A DNA stretch of 64,000 nt from Guillardia theta CCMP2712 (GCF_000315625.1 NW_005434670.1:492054-556053); one strand, 5' to 3'; positions 11,336-23,594 are shown, numbered from the stretch's first letter. Notes: generated from the letters alone by a model not told the origin. Made by a program: numbers and translations.

Positions 11336-12394
11336 TTACACTGGAAGCTTGATTGTATCAAGTTTTAACAATTTCGCGACGAAGTCCCATGGCATCTCGG
11401 GTTCCGTCTGTTGACATTTGACAACTTCAGCTATCGGCTCCAAGTTGGACTGCTGAGGCTGAACTGTTTCGACAGATTTTTTCTTTGACATCACCTCATC
11501 TTCAAACCGCACCGAACATCGCTTCTTGACATCGTCAGGCTGCCAGGCCCAATCCTCGTTCTTGGACGCAACAGTTCCAGTCGACAGAGGCGTTGATGCG
11601 TCTGCAGGCTTGGTCGAAGCGCCGGAGGCGATGCTCTGGCTGTCCTGCTGGAGGAGAATACGTGGGCTGGGATACGATGCCGGTTTATAGCAGATAGAAA
11701 CTTCGATGAATCCTCGCACTGCTGTGTTGAAATACTGGCTTTGCGTCAACTTGAATTTGTCGCGGATTGGAGAACGAGAGGGAGTGAGCATATGGATGTT
11801 CAAGATGACTTCGCCTGCGGAAACCTCAGCACACCTGTGGATCATCGACAATCAGTTGCAAACCTAGGAAACGATCCGCGGGATTTGCCGCATTGATGTC
11901 CGATACGCTTAGAATCAACTGTGAATCAGTCAAGGGTTGAACTATGTAGCAAGCCAACAAATGTACCTGAGAGTTTTGAGGATTACGAACGCGGAGCTCA
12001 AACTGCTGACTTTCCCACCTAGAAGCTAATGAGTGAAGAAGGTATTCGATCATGACGACGTACCAAGGGTTACTTGAAGGAGGGCAGGGCTGTGTCCACA
12101 AGGATGTTCCGTAGGAAGGCTGTTGAAGGCGTAAGGGGAAGTGCAAAACGAAACATGCTCAGCTACCTTCTGATCGGAGCCAACTTCACGAATGCATGCT
12201 TGAGCAGCAAGCTGAACAGAAAGCAGGAAGTCAGATCAGGTCGCCAGACTTGGGGCAAAAGCACTCACAGCGCTGTCTTTGCTGGAGGGTAACAGGAGCC
12301 CCTCAGCTCGATGAATTCTGTTGAAAGCGAGTGAATGCAGGAAGAGGCAATAATGCTCGACTTACTTGACTGTGACTACGCTGGATTCCATCAT
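11336..12394 (-). CDS. C2-domain protein, multi-exon
   Basis: MMESSVVTVKIHRAEGL...SSNPW-WESQQFELRV...LILSVSD...DRFL-GEVILNIHML...RGFIEVSICY follows the C2 strand pattern. Confidence 0.75.
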
Positions 12395-12689
12395 TGTATT
12401 TCCAGTTTTTTTTTTTTAACACTGGAGAGCAAATATCAGTGAAGAAAACAAAGGCCGGGGGAGACGTATTCGATAGAGTCAGAAAGGTAGAGTTGAGGGT
12501 GGGCGAGGCATTTCTACTCTTATCGAGCTGAGAGTTCTTGCTCATCGCTCTCTTTCTTATCCTAACGCTGACTGCGCATTTCCTATCACATCTCCCATCA
12601 AATGTCGCTCTTTCTCTCATTCTCCTGCTCGCTCTTATTTTCACTCGTTCACGATGTCGAGCAGCCAGCACCCTGTTTTTGAACCATAT

Positions 12690-13140
12690 CCTTTCATTCC
12701 CCCCCCCCTCCCTACTACCCACCCTACCCTGTTTCCTACAGGTACCCACCCCTTGTCCAATGCAACCGACTTTGACCCCACCCAGCGGTTTGACTCTTGG
12801 ACGAGTTAACCCCACCGACAGCAAGGCAGGACTAAAAGACCCCTTCAATTCCCCCAGTTCCTCCTTCATACCCCTACTTCTCTCGCAAAATCACCCCCAT
12901 TGCAACCAGTCGCAAACCTGCCGTATCACCTCCACCCCACTCGAACTAGAAATTTCGGCCATTAACCCCCCCGAACGACCAGCGTCATGCACCCCTCATC
13001 GTACAATCCTCGCCGAGCCACCCACCCTTGAGATTCTTTACCACAGTGACTCCTTGTACACTACCGGTCCTCACTGTTCTAAACCACCCCACCATCAGTC
13101 CAAACCTGGTTGATCTGTGACCCCACCCGGCCACCGTACC
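12690..13140. promoter_or_regulatory. Type B C-skewed CCCTACCC/GGTACC island upstream of the C2 gene
   Basis: Repeated ctaccc, ccaccc and ggtaccc words. Similar composition occurs at seven other intergenic sites. Confidence 0.4.
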
Positions 13141-13396
13141 GTATCAGCGCACTGCTCCCAAAGAAAAACTCTTTAAAATAATTTAATTGATACACACCTA
13201 TTTCGTACGGAGCCTAGGACCCCTTAGGCAGTGACTGTAGGAATTCAGTCCTAGTGGTTCATTATATCTATAGCTCGCTAGGACTCCAGTAGCACTCTCG
13301 TACAGTTCCTTGATTCCGAGCCTCATTGAAGGAGATATCGCGTCGATCCGGAGGTTAATCGTCAATCTAGGGGGTGGGTACCATGTGCACTAGATA

Positions 13397-14242
13397 TCAC
13401 TGATGGGGGGAGCGTAACTTCGTCAGGGGGGTCTCACAATGAAGTTGTAGTACCCCACCATACATTACCCCTTGGGTCATGAAGGGGTACTGCCACACGG
13501 TGTGGCAACTGGCAGGTGCAGTCCGACGTACTACCCCTCGTGCATCAGCAGCCTGATCCCCCGAATATCTCCGAAGTACCCTACCGTCAAATGTAAAGCA
13601 GCCTATGATCAGGGGGTCCATATAAAGCTGCTTGTAAATTGGGACGGTAAAGTGAACTCCGAGCTTAGGGGTACGGGACGACGGTACTACTGTAGGTTCT
13701 GCGTGCCAAGTTGGGGGTGGAGAGGTACCCCGCGCGCAAAAACGACTCCTACAGTTGGGTGGTTCATAGGGACTGGAAATGGGGTGTGGTAGACCACCCC
13801 CGGAATTTGGGAGAGGAACGCCACAGTAGCGATGATGGGTATGGATGGGTGACTGGGTGATTAATCTAATGTCCCAATTGAAAGATCTGCCCTCTATGCC
13901 CCCCCTGTAACAATTCTTCAGATGGTGGTCCACTGGCCAAGGGGCAAGGGTACAGATTGTGTCAGGGAGGGGGGGTATTGTGGAAGTGCACAAACACCGT
14001 GGGGTGGGTCCTGTTTGACTTGTGACGTCAATACCGTCAGGGTCTGGAGAGGAATCACCAAGAGATGAGGGGGACATGAACGGGGAATCAGACGGGGGAT
14101 GAGGCGGGTCTGCTGACCGCCAGTGTACTCTGTTGAAGATATACGGTCTGACGGGGGGTGGGTGATTTTGACCGGTCACCACCCCCGATGTTCCGAGGTG
14201 ATCGATGAAGGGGAGCTTGAAGGTAGGGTGGGTGGAAGTCAC
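13397..14242 (-). CDS. Intronless 281-codon Pro/Cys/His-rich ORF, unknown (possible mobile-element relic or spurious)
   Basis: ORF length only. A CYNCPGVHSRAC knuckle-like motif lies upstream on the same strand (14391-14678). No recognisable domain. Confidence 0.2.
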   Translation of the reverse strand: MTSTHPTFKLPFIDHLGTSGVVTGQNHPPPVRPYIFNRVHWRSADPPHPPSDSPFMSPSSLGDSSPDPDGIDVTSQTGPTPRCLCTSTIPPLPDTICTLAPWPVDHHLKNCYRGGIEGRSFNWDIRLITQSPIHTHHRYCGVPLPNSGGGLPHPISSPYEPPNCRSRFCARGTSPPPTWHAEPTVVPSSRTPKLGVHFTVPIYKQLYMDPLIIGCFTFDGRVLRRYSGDQAADARGVVRRTAPASCHTVWQYPFMTQGVMYGGVLQLHCETPLTKLRSPHQ

Positions 14243-15687
14243 GACGGCAGTGTGACCCCGGCTCGGGGTTGATTACTCCGACAGACGGAGGGGGAGTGAT
14301 AAGAGCTGGGGAGGGGGATGCGGGGGAATGCTTGTACGGTAGTGGGGTGGTTGGAAGAGGGGTTGGAAGAGGGGTTGGAAGAGGGGTTCTTCAGGCCAAG
14401 GGTAATAGTGGGGATGAGGCTCCTTCAACGGAGATGAGGCCAGAGATGACGCCAAGCCACACAGTCAATGCTAGCTGACAGGCACGGCTGTGGACACCTG
14501 GGCAATTGTAACACCTGGGATTTACACCTGCAAGGCTCCGAGGACCTGATATCGGCTGATTTCCTCCCGCGTCCGTAGCGGATGACCGATGCGCTTTGAC
14601 GCGCAAGCCCAACGAGTCGTTTGGGGGGCAAGTGGTACTAAGGTACCTGAGATACCGGCGCGCGTGCTCCGGCAACATTCTGACTCAGTGAGTCTGTGAC
14701 ATGTTGGTTTGTTTTACCGACTGTTCAGCTGTCTCACATTTGCATGCCACGTTTGTTGCTGTACTGTGAACATGTTTGCCAGAGTGGTAACCGGTAACAA
14801 GGGCATGCATCGACGAACTCCCATAGAATCACTGATGATGTCATGCGCATCTGATACCTGGGTCTAGCGCACAGTACTTTGAGGATTACTGTCGACCAGG
14901 GGAATGAGAATGATGCTACAATCTATTGTAAGAAATAGTTAGAAAATAGACCACACACTTGTAATGAGAGCAGATCTTAATTTGCTACAAGTGGGATGAT
15001 TCCAAGGTATCCAAGCTCTTGGATTTTTGGAGGTCCGATGTCATGCCACTCCGTCTCTGGTGGGTGACGACGACGATGTTTTTGCTTTAGCGCCTAGGCA
15101 TCTGAACTAGAATCTTCGAAAGAGAAACTGGAATACCCGAGAGGACGTCGATTTGTCAGACGTTGAGGATAGCACGGCTCCTCACAATTCTTTGGTAGCT
15201 TAGCTAAGCTATTTCTCCATCTCTCACCTATCCTGTTCATGTACTCAATAACTATGATGCCCTATTTCACTATCCACCATTTCTGCGTCTATTCTCCTGG
15301 ATGCTTGCATCCGGCCTATCCTAATCTCAAACTGTTGCTCCCCATGCTTCTCATGAAGCAACATTTAGCCACATGAGCGTCTACACCACACAAGTCTGGA
15401 CCTCCTCCACCGTGCAGTTGCACTAATCGCTGCCCGTAACCATCTCCAGCTCCTGCTGTGCTAGAAAGTTTCAATTTATTTCACTAATTCTAGCTCAAAC
15501 ACAATGAACAGCCTGATACCACACGGTTGGGAGACGATGAAGGCCCTCACACTCAGCTGATGTGCATCTGAGCAGTTATCTGGCCAGAGAGGAAAGGACA
15601 TGCCCAAGGTTCTGATAGTGTGACTCTGACTCGCCCATCAGAATCATCTATCACGCACAGCGACCTCCTTACAATTCCAGCTCCGCA

Positions 15688-16241
15688 TCACGCGGACATG
15701 CTGTTGGGCGCGCTCAACGAAGCTTCCTCTGCCTCCAGGAGAAGCGACAGCTCCTTGGCTTTCGAGTAGTTGCCGCTCTGTATCGCCTCAACCGCCTCTC
15801 GCCGCATCTCCTCCATGCTCGTGTCCGTCCCAAAGTTGCCTGCCGTCGTGTGCACTTTCCCGGCTCCTGACAGAGCGAACCTCTCTCCCTTCTTCGCGCC
15901 GCACAACGTCAGTCCGCACAGCTCCACGAAGCAAGGGCTGGGCGGAAACTGGCAAATGCTATAGCAGCAGCAGTACTTGACGCTCGACAAGCAGCATCCC
16001 TCCGGACCACAGGGGCCAACGCAATCGCACGTGGAGTGAGCCTTGTAGCACAGGAGCTTTGATTCTGAGGTGCAGAGGTTGGGCTCGCTACATTTTGCAC
16101 ACCCGCATCCTTGGCAGCAACAGTAGCAGATGAAGCACCTGGATGCAAGTACACTCTGCTTCAGAGCAAGGCAACCAGGAATGCGCTCCCTCGCACTCAC
16201 GTTTCATCCAGGACCTGCAATGCAGTTCCTCCTTTAGACAT
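15688..16241 (-). CDS. Cysteine-rich protein (copy B, inverted duplicate of 8154-8707)
   Basis: Three amino-acid differences from copy A (V/A, Y/C, H/I) and an identical intron. Confidence 0.75.
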
Positions 16242-16499
16242 TTTGAAGGCTCTGAAAAAAGGCAGGTCTCATCAAGATTGAGAATCGTCCACAATCGTCT
16301 TTCAGGAAATCATCGCTAATGAGTTTGGAAGACAACAAGGGAGTCATTCAAGGTCTGTGCCTCTTCGCAAGCAACTTCAAGTACCGAGTATCAATCTACC
16401 GGGACAGGGGGAAGGGCGAGGACAAGGCGATGAAAGATGAGACAGAGGACAAGAGCGGTCGACAGTTAAAAACGCTGCATGCCAAACTTAACGGAGGAT

Positions 16500-16965
16500 G
16501 GACTTGAGGGGTTCAGGAGGGAGGGGCGGAACTTTCGAATGTGAGGGGTGGGGTTACCAATCACACTTTGGGCAGACCTACAGAACCCTCTGCACCCACT
16601 GATTCCCCCTGAAACAGTCTATATCTGAAGGGTGGGGTGGGGTTGCGATCCATGCGCACACTAGCCATGGTCTCGAAGTTTCAGAGGGGTGGGGTGGGGT
16701 GGAGGGACCACGAAGTGGGTAGTCTGACTGAGTTCTAGTAGAAATAATAAAGGTTTCCGTTACTTTCTTCCAACGGCCGCGTCAAGAAGTTGGTTACTAC
16801 GGTTACACTGCCGTCGGTTTCAAAACTCCTCATGGTCGTTACAATCCTCACTCTTGTGATAACGGTCAGTACTACTCGAGACCCTGAACACCCGGGCGCA
16901 CCCACCCCCTACCCCCTTATTTCATTGGCAAGAATAGAGACAGGGTAGGGTACCCCGTACCTGAG
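16500..16965. promoter_or_regulatory. Type B island with GTTAC/AACGG cluster between divergent genes
   Basis: gggtggggtgggg repeats, cagggtaggggtaccccgtacctg near-palindrome at 16941, and repeated gttac and aacgg at 16757-16866. Confidence 0.4.
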
Positions 16966-17040
16966 CAAGAAGTGGTGCGTTTAACGTTCGCAATGCGAGC
17001 ATGAAGGAGCCAGAGAGAGGGCGAGAGAAGCTGATAAGAC

Positions 17041-17292
17041 GAGGTTGTGGATGCAACTGATGTGGTTGTGGATGCAACTGATGAGGTTGTGGATGAAACT
17101 GATGTGGTTGTGGATGCAACTGATGAGGTTGTGGATGAAACTGATGTGGTTGTGGATGCAACTGATGTGGTTGTGGATGCAACTGATGTGGTTGTGGATG
17201 CAACTGATGAGGTTGTGGATGAAACTGATGTGGTTGTGGATGCAACTGATGTGGTTGTGGATGCAACTGATGAGGTTGTGGATGCAACTGAT
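17041..17292 (+). repeat. 21-bp minisatellite, 12 units (G[AT]GGTTGTGGATG[CA]AACTGAT)
   Basis: Directly visible. Would encode (V/E)VVD(A/E)TD repeats in the acidic frame. Confidence 0.95.
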
Positions 17293-17504
17293 GAGCTCTG
17301 GGGTTTTCAGAAAGATCAGGACGTGGAAGGAGATGAGTAGCTTGACAAGTCAATATTAGCATGAGACAGATGGAGAACGATTTTGCATACCTGCGATAGG
17401 CTAAATCTCAACATCCATGTGTGAGCGAGCTATTGATAAGATTGTCAACCATACTTGTTGCTTTCCAATGTGTAAAGGTGACCAATCTGTTGACAGGGTG
17501 AAAA

Positions 17505-19557
17505 TTGGTGTATGATCGGTTGGTAAAGAGGTTGGTTCTGCTGCACCTGACCATGCACTGGAGAATGCAGTTGCTCAATAGAGCAGTTTGTCAACGGCCA
17601 GTTATTCTCGAGTCTAAATCGCTCATGGAAACGAAGTCATCCAAGATATCCGAGGGCGAAGTGGACGACCCTAGTCAAAGGTTGATGGTTCATGGAGACC
17701 ACTTCAACAAGCATCATGGTCTGTACTTGAGCTCTAAGTCCGAGACCTCTGAGGACAACAGAAGGGGAGAGCATGCCGATGATTTCCAGGGCAACCCACG
17801 CGGATACTCTCCTAGCACAGCTGATGTCGATCATCGAAATCGATCTTTGACGCTCAAAGCTTCTCGCATTCATGTCTCTTTGCCCTCGTCGAGAGATCCT
17901 GGTGTTACAATCGAACAAATGTTGAAGCCCACAAGTGATCCAAATCTCGCTCACTCATATGCTGGAGAAGCCGAAAACTCAGAGGATAAAGCTTGGGCTG
18001 TTCGAGAGCACAAGTATGCTCAATGATGTCTCCTTTCCTGCATGCTTCTCTCACAACGCAACAGGTCTGGCGATACAGCTATGATGAAAGAAGAGGATGG
18101 GGTTCAGTACAAGTTTCTCATGGCCAAGCCGATTGAAATTCCTGCAAAAGACAGAACAAGAGAAATCAAACGTGCAAACGCTCAAAAACACGACAAGGAC
18201 AAGATGAACTCCCCGGTTGCAACTGAAAACTGGTGGGAGACTCGATTCCTTGAGAGCAGCACAGGAAGAGACTTCAAACCAGTGTATGAACTTAGGTCGA
18301 CAAAATGTTAGTACCTTCGCTCCTCCCATTTCTGCTGCCTTTGACTTGACATGTTGTGGAAGTGGAAGGGGACGGCATCAGAACAAGACCGAGACAAAAC
18401 GTCATGAGAGTTCAGAGCGCGAGAACCCACAATGAGAAACATTTCCCTGTACAAGATGCAGGCCCAGCAAGGCGCAAGAATTTGATGTACGTCAAGTTTA
18501 CTTCCCAAATATTCTTTGTGACACAGGCCTGAGTTCAGATGGACAACAAACCACGATCAAACAAAATGTGGTGTGTTGTTAAGACTGATGCCTCGTTGTT
18601 CAAGACTGAGTGTTTGTTGATCGACGACAGGATGGGAAGCATCAATGAAGAACGACAGATCTGTTGCCCCTCAGACCCACCACAAAGCCGCAACACATGT
18701 TCCCCGCAGACCCCATGAGCCTGTTGCTAATGCTGAAGAGAGCAAAGATGTGGCATGTAAGAAAGTGAATGTCAAGCCGTTTGACTCGAGTCTCGGAGTA
18801 ACCAAGACAGCTAGAAAAGCCTTGAGTGCGCCAGAGAAGAAAGGTAGGATCAGTTCAGGGCTGGAAGCCCTTCCTGTCCGCGCCAATGTTTTGCTGACTG
18901 ATGTGTTCCCTGTCTCAGAGGGAACAGGAAGATCCAAACCTTCGACTCCTAAAGGTACGCAGAGACCTGGAAGCTGTCTGCCTGTTCACTCTTGTTTCAT
19001 CAAGCTTTTATGGCCCTCGCTCCGAACGCTCATGCAACATCAGAGAAGGCTCCATTGCCTATCGCAAGGCGACTTCTCCTCGAGGCTCAAGATATCTTGC
19101 AGGAGCCCATCCTCGCAGGCATTCTGCTTCGCCTTCTCGTGTCAAACCTCCTGACGAGGATGGTCAGAGCTGTGGCTCGAGCGCTTGAGGAGGGAGCCTC
19201 CCCCAGAGCCCACCAGGGATACAAGTAGTCGCCCAAAGTCTGCTGCACAGCAACAATCGCCTATCGTTCGCAAGGTATCTCTGCTAGCTCTCAGGTTCCG
19301 TCTCTTTCTCAAGGATATTACAGATTGGTCGTCCTCGCACGGCATGGCGGTGGGGAGAGAGCAGCAGCAGGCAGGGAGAAGAGAGGACCTTCGAAACCAT
19401 GAAGTGCATGGGGAGCCCTCTCAAGAGAAGGGTGAGAAAGGAAGCGAAAGATCCTGTGCTGACAACGCTGGAGCAACTCGAAGACCTGATGGCCAATTTG
19501 AAGCCGTCGGAGGCTATCAGTATGGCCCCAGGGACGCTGACGTCCCTGAACGAGTAG
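17505..19557 (+). CDS. Hypothetical low-complexity multi-exon protein (start uncertain, may include the minisatellite)
   Basis: Chain of + strand ORFs joinable by short introns, ending ...KDPVLTTLEQLEDLMANLKPSEAISMAPGTLTSLNE*. Confidence 0.55.
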
Positions 19558-20212
19558 CATGAAAGCTGCTCACTCTTGACTCGATCGATTGTAATAAATA
19601 TGTTTACTGTTCACGGTTGCCGGCGACAACCCGGTGAAAGTTGAACAGTGTTCAACCGTCTCGAGGGGCAGCAACCATTGGGCAGCGGCCTTGCAGATTG
19701 CTCGGAGACTGCTGAGGACTCGGAAGCCTTCCGGGCCGGCGGCTTCACAGTAAGTTCCGCATCGCAGACCCGGACCGGCGGGCCGACTCAGTGATGACTA
19801 CAGTACTGTTCCGGATCGACGGTTGCAGACCTGAAACACGGTTTCCGTTACATCAAGTTACGTCATCTAACGGTCAAGGGTGAGGCTCAACAAACGACAA
19901 TGAGAGGGCAGGGAAGACGCGGGTAAGTCGCGAAGGAGGGAGGGGAGGAGGGGAGGAGGGCGCGGGAAGATGGCAGGATGTAGCACGATGAGCACGAGGG
20001 TGGGCAGGTGCAAGAGATGAAGAGAGGGAGAGGGCGGGTGAGGTGGAGGTGAAGCGGCGACCAGGGAGATTTCGATGTAGCCAGATCCGATTATTTCTCT
20101 TCACTTGGCAGTAGTAGGAGTATCATACATCTCCATTTTTCATTCTTATTGAGACCTGTCTGATGTATCCAACAGGAACAAGCCCTAGCTCGTTTGTCTG
20201 CCTCCCTGCAAC

Positions 20213-23200
20213 ATGCGCTCGTTGCCTGCATTTCTCCTTACGTTCTCTGTGCTCATTTTTTGTTCGCATGCTCAAGTTTACCACGATCCTAACGAGCCCA
20301 TCGCCGATCCTCTGACGGGGAAGATCCTCACCTCGCGACCGACGGCCTTCGGGAAGTACCTGAACAGCAAGTTCTTGAATGTTGCTGCGAAGCACAACGG
20401 AGGGACGGCGAAGGCAGCGTACAACCAGGATTTCTACCCCATCGACAGGGCGATCGATGGCGTGACCACGGGGCATGAGGGATGGGCATGGCACGGGAGG
20501 ATCGACAAGGCACTTGCCATGTTCGAGTTCAAGCAGGACTATCGGGTCTCCAGGATCCGCTTGCTGTCTGGGGTTGGGAGGTTCAACGATCACCACGTGA
20601 CCTCCTTCCAGGTCTGGTACACCAACGCGACAGGCTACATGCTCCCTCCTGCTGTCCACTGGTTCCCGCACTACCACTGGCAGCCGATAGTTGACATGCA
20701 GCCAACCACCCTGGACACCGTAGTTGTGGGGAATCGCGTCTACACCAACGGGGAGGAGGAGGTAGTGATCAGGTTCAGCCCCGTTCGAGCTCGAGCCTTC
20801 CTCCTCAAGGTCGACGCGGCTGACTCGGACGCAAACAATGCGGTGGTGACAGAGTTCGAAGTCTTCACGGCAGATGCGGACGAGCCGAACGCGCCGATCC
20901 CTCTCGGGATCCCTGAGTATGTCGACCACAGCTGGGTCGCTCCTCCCCCAAAGGGCATATCGTGGAAGAGCGTCGAGATCGCCGGGGCCCTTCCGGGTGC
21001 TCCGACGACTCTGTTGCTTCCTGCACCCGACACCGAGCGAGGAGGACTTGACGTCGTGCCTTACAGGCTGTGGAACGAGAGGATCTCGACGGCGGGGAAC
21101 AAGTCGAGGGTTCAGTTTGCCTTGACGTACTTGCAAGCCTGCAAGGACCTCGGGTTCGATGCAGCGGGGGAGATGCGAAGGCTGTCCAACGGGCGATGGT
21201 TCACCCCCCTGCATGCTAAGGTTCCCTACCAGCAGTTCCACCTGAAGCCCTCCAAGGCCGCGAGCTACTGCGAGAAGCTCTGCGATCAGACGCCAATAGC
21301 CGTTGAAGGGCAGGGGGTCCACGTGAGCCCCAACTCAACCTGCAAGGCCCTGGAGGGCTCAGAATTTCTCTTCGTGGGAGACAGCCGCATGCGGCACCAC
21401 TTCCTCGCCACCATCGCTTACCTGCGTGACGTGAACCTTCGAGGGTATGTGAACCCCTCCCACCCCCACTTCTACGGCCAGCAGAACCACGAGCACTGGC
21501 ACCCCCCCGGTCGAGCTGAGTCCTGCAGCTCCGGCATGCCGCATGGGTTCGAGCTTGAGTGCGCGGGAGTGACGGGGGGTCAGGTGGGATTGTGCTGGAG
21601 TCATCCTGGCTTGACTCATGGCAGGCGACCCTGTGCGACGGGCGGGTGATCTTGAGGCTGGAGGAGACCGATGATCGACAACGAGCGTTGAAGAGGCTGG
21701 AGGACTGGATGGAGGTGCGACGAACGTGCGAGGCAGCAGGCACCTGCCCCTCCAAGTACTTGTTCGTCATCATGAGCATCGCAATCCCGGGGGTGAGTCG
21801 GCTTGTGCCTTGCTGAAGCATCCTCTGCCTCGTCCTGTTCCTTGCTGTTATTGTCCTTCCGTGCCTTGTTGTCACCACCACATCCACTCCGCTCACTCAG
21901 TCACTCCCTCCCTCTCCTCCCCGGCTCTCCTTCTCCCTCACCCTCCTTCCTCATGTTCTTTCCTTCACCGTTCGGCCTCAATCGCCTAACAATAGCGGCA
22001 GATCCGCAAATTTTCCTCTGCCGAGCCGATCCGCCCCCTCATTCCCCTCCTAGATGTCCCGCAGTACCTCCAAGAGTCGGTAGGGATCGTCGATCGGGCC
22101 TGGCAGGCAGCGAGCGAGAGGAGCGGCTGGTTCTACACAGGAGGAGGAAGGGCAGCGTCTGCAAAGATCTCCCTGATCTGGTCTCTCATCGAGCCCTTCG
22201 CCTTCTCCCAACCCTTGCATGCCGCTCACAACAGGAACATCACGCAGGTCAGCGAGGATGCGAGCAGCTGCCCCCTCTTTCCTTCTCACCCTCTTTCCCT
22301 CCAGCTGAACGCAGAGACGAGGCAACAGCTCGACGTGTCGGGGATACCGGTCATCGATGGGTTTCGTATCGCAATCGACCGTACAGACTGCCATCCTGAC
22401 AATCTGGTGAACCCCCCGCCTCTTCTGCCTCGTCCTCCTCTTGCTGCCGGCTTTCCCTCTTCCTCCGACCCCTGTCCTCCATGTTACAGGAACCTGATTC
22501 TCCTCTCTCCCCACAGCACTGGTGTTCAGTGGTGCAGAACGCTAAAGTCGGGATACTCTTAACATTTGCCAGACAAATGGTAGAAAAGATCAACGAAGAA
22601 GAGCTTCTTGTTCGAACCAGGTGCGCTGTTATCTTTTCTCTTGGGAACCAGCCGACCCCCCCCCCCCCCCCCCCTCATCCTCCTCCTACTCATCCTCCTC
22701 CTCCTCTTGTGCATTCACCTCCTCACCCTCTCGTCCTTGCCTTCCTCTGTCATCCTCCCCTGCTGTCTCAGTCTTGCGCCCACTCTCTGTGCAGGGAGGA
22801 GATGGAGCAGCAGTCTGCGCGCGCACAGCAAGTAGCTCAGGTGAGGCGCTGCTAGCGGCTGCGATTGCGTGACGAGGACATCAGGAAATCCTGAGAGTGG
22901 AAGCTGTGGAGGAGCAGCGGGCGCAGGACGCTGAGAAGAAGAGGAAGAAGGTGGGTCTTTCCTTGTACACTCCCGCAGTGAAGTCACCCTGCCAGGCTGC
23001 TGAGGAGGCTCGGGCGAGGAAGAAGGCCGAAGAAGAGGCGAGACGGTCGGGCGGGACCATGTTGAGGAGACTGACGGTGCAGGCGAGCAGGAGGAGAGGA
23101 GGAGGAAGAAGGAGAAGGTCGCAGAGAAGTTTGCCAAGTTCCAGAAGAAAGCAGCCAAGAGGACGAGCAAGTCACAGGCTGAGACTCCCGAGGAGGAGCA

Positions 23201-23445
23201 GTGCAGGTCCGATGTCGTCTCTGCCTCCTGTACTACCTAACAGAAGTTCCCATAGTGCCCAGAGCCCAGGGGAGTGCAAGGGAGGAGGAGACACAGGCAA
23301 GTCCTCAATTTTCAGGGCAGTCAGGAGCACTGACGAGCCCTCAGCAGGCACATGCAGCAACGGGAGCTGCCGTCCCACTTTCGAGGTCAGCGGGAGCGAA
23401 TCGTTCAAGGGGAGAGACTCGCTCCCTCCCGAGGCTGTCGTTTGA
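20213..23445 (+). CDS. Secreted/Golgi protein: discoidin (F5/8C, CBM32-like) domain + SGNH PC-esterase/TBL-like domain + charged coiled coil
   Basis: Signal peptide, then RAIDG...W...FEFKQDYRVSRIRL...VTSFQVWY...FSPVRARAFLL...VTEFEVF, then FLFVGDSRMR, and spliced DCHPDNL-HWC (DxxH). Confidence 0.78.
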
Positions 23446-23594
23446 GGCTCGGCAGACAACCAGCAATCTCGCGCATTCACGTCTTGGTTTCAGAATGTTC
23501 TTGTTGCTTGCAGCTTATCAACAGAATCTTACAAGCTCAAAATCACAGCAGATTGTAAGGATCAACTACATCCAGTCTTATCCTGCTTAACGGC

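Noticed and set aside
12400-12428. Hairpin plus poly-T resembling an intrinsic terminator
   Set aside because: The T run lies inside the loop, the stem is imperfect, and it is the 5' flank of a eukaryotic gene.
14700-15680. Possible gene or RNA in the 1-kb spacer
   Set aside because: No ORF, splice chain or RNA structure that I can support.
17041-17292. CRISPR-like array
   Set aside because: Units are contiguous with no unique spacers, the context is eukaryotic and there are no cas genes.
19150-19230. In-frame TGA after a Cys-containing stretch as possible selenocysteine
   Set aside because: A short GC-AG intron at about 19119-19167 restores an open frame (ELWLERLRREPP). No redox motif or SECIS was seen.
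20123-21322. 399-aa minus-strand ORF
   Set aside because: Antisense shadow of the GC3-rich discoidin-SGNH exon, with no motifs.
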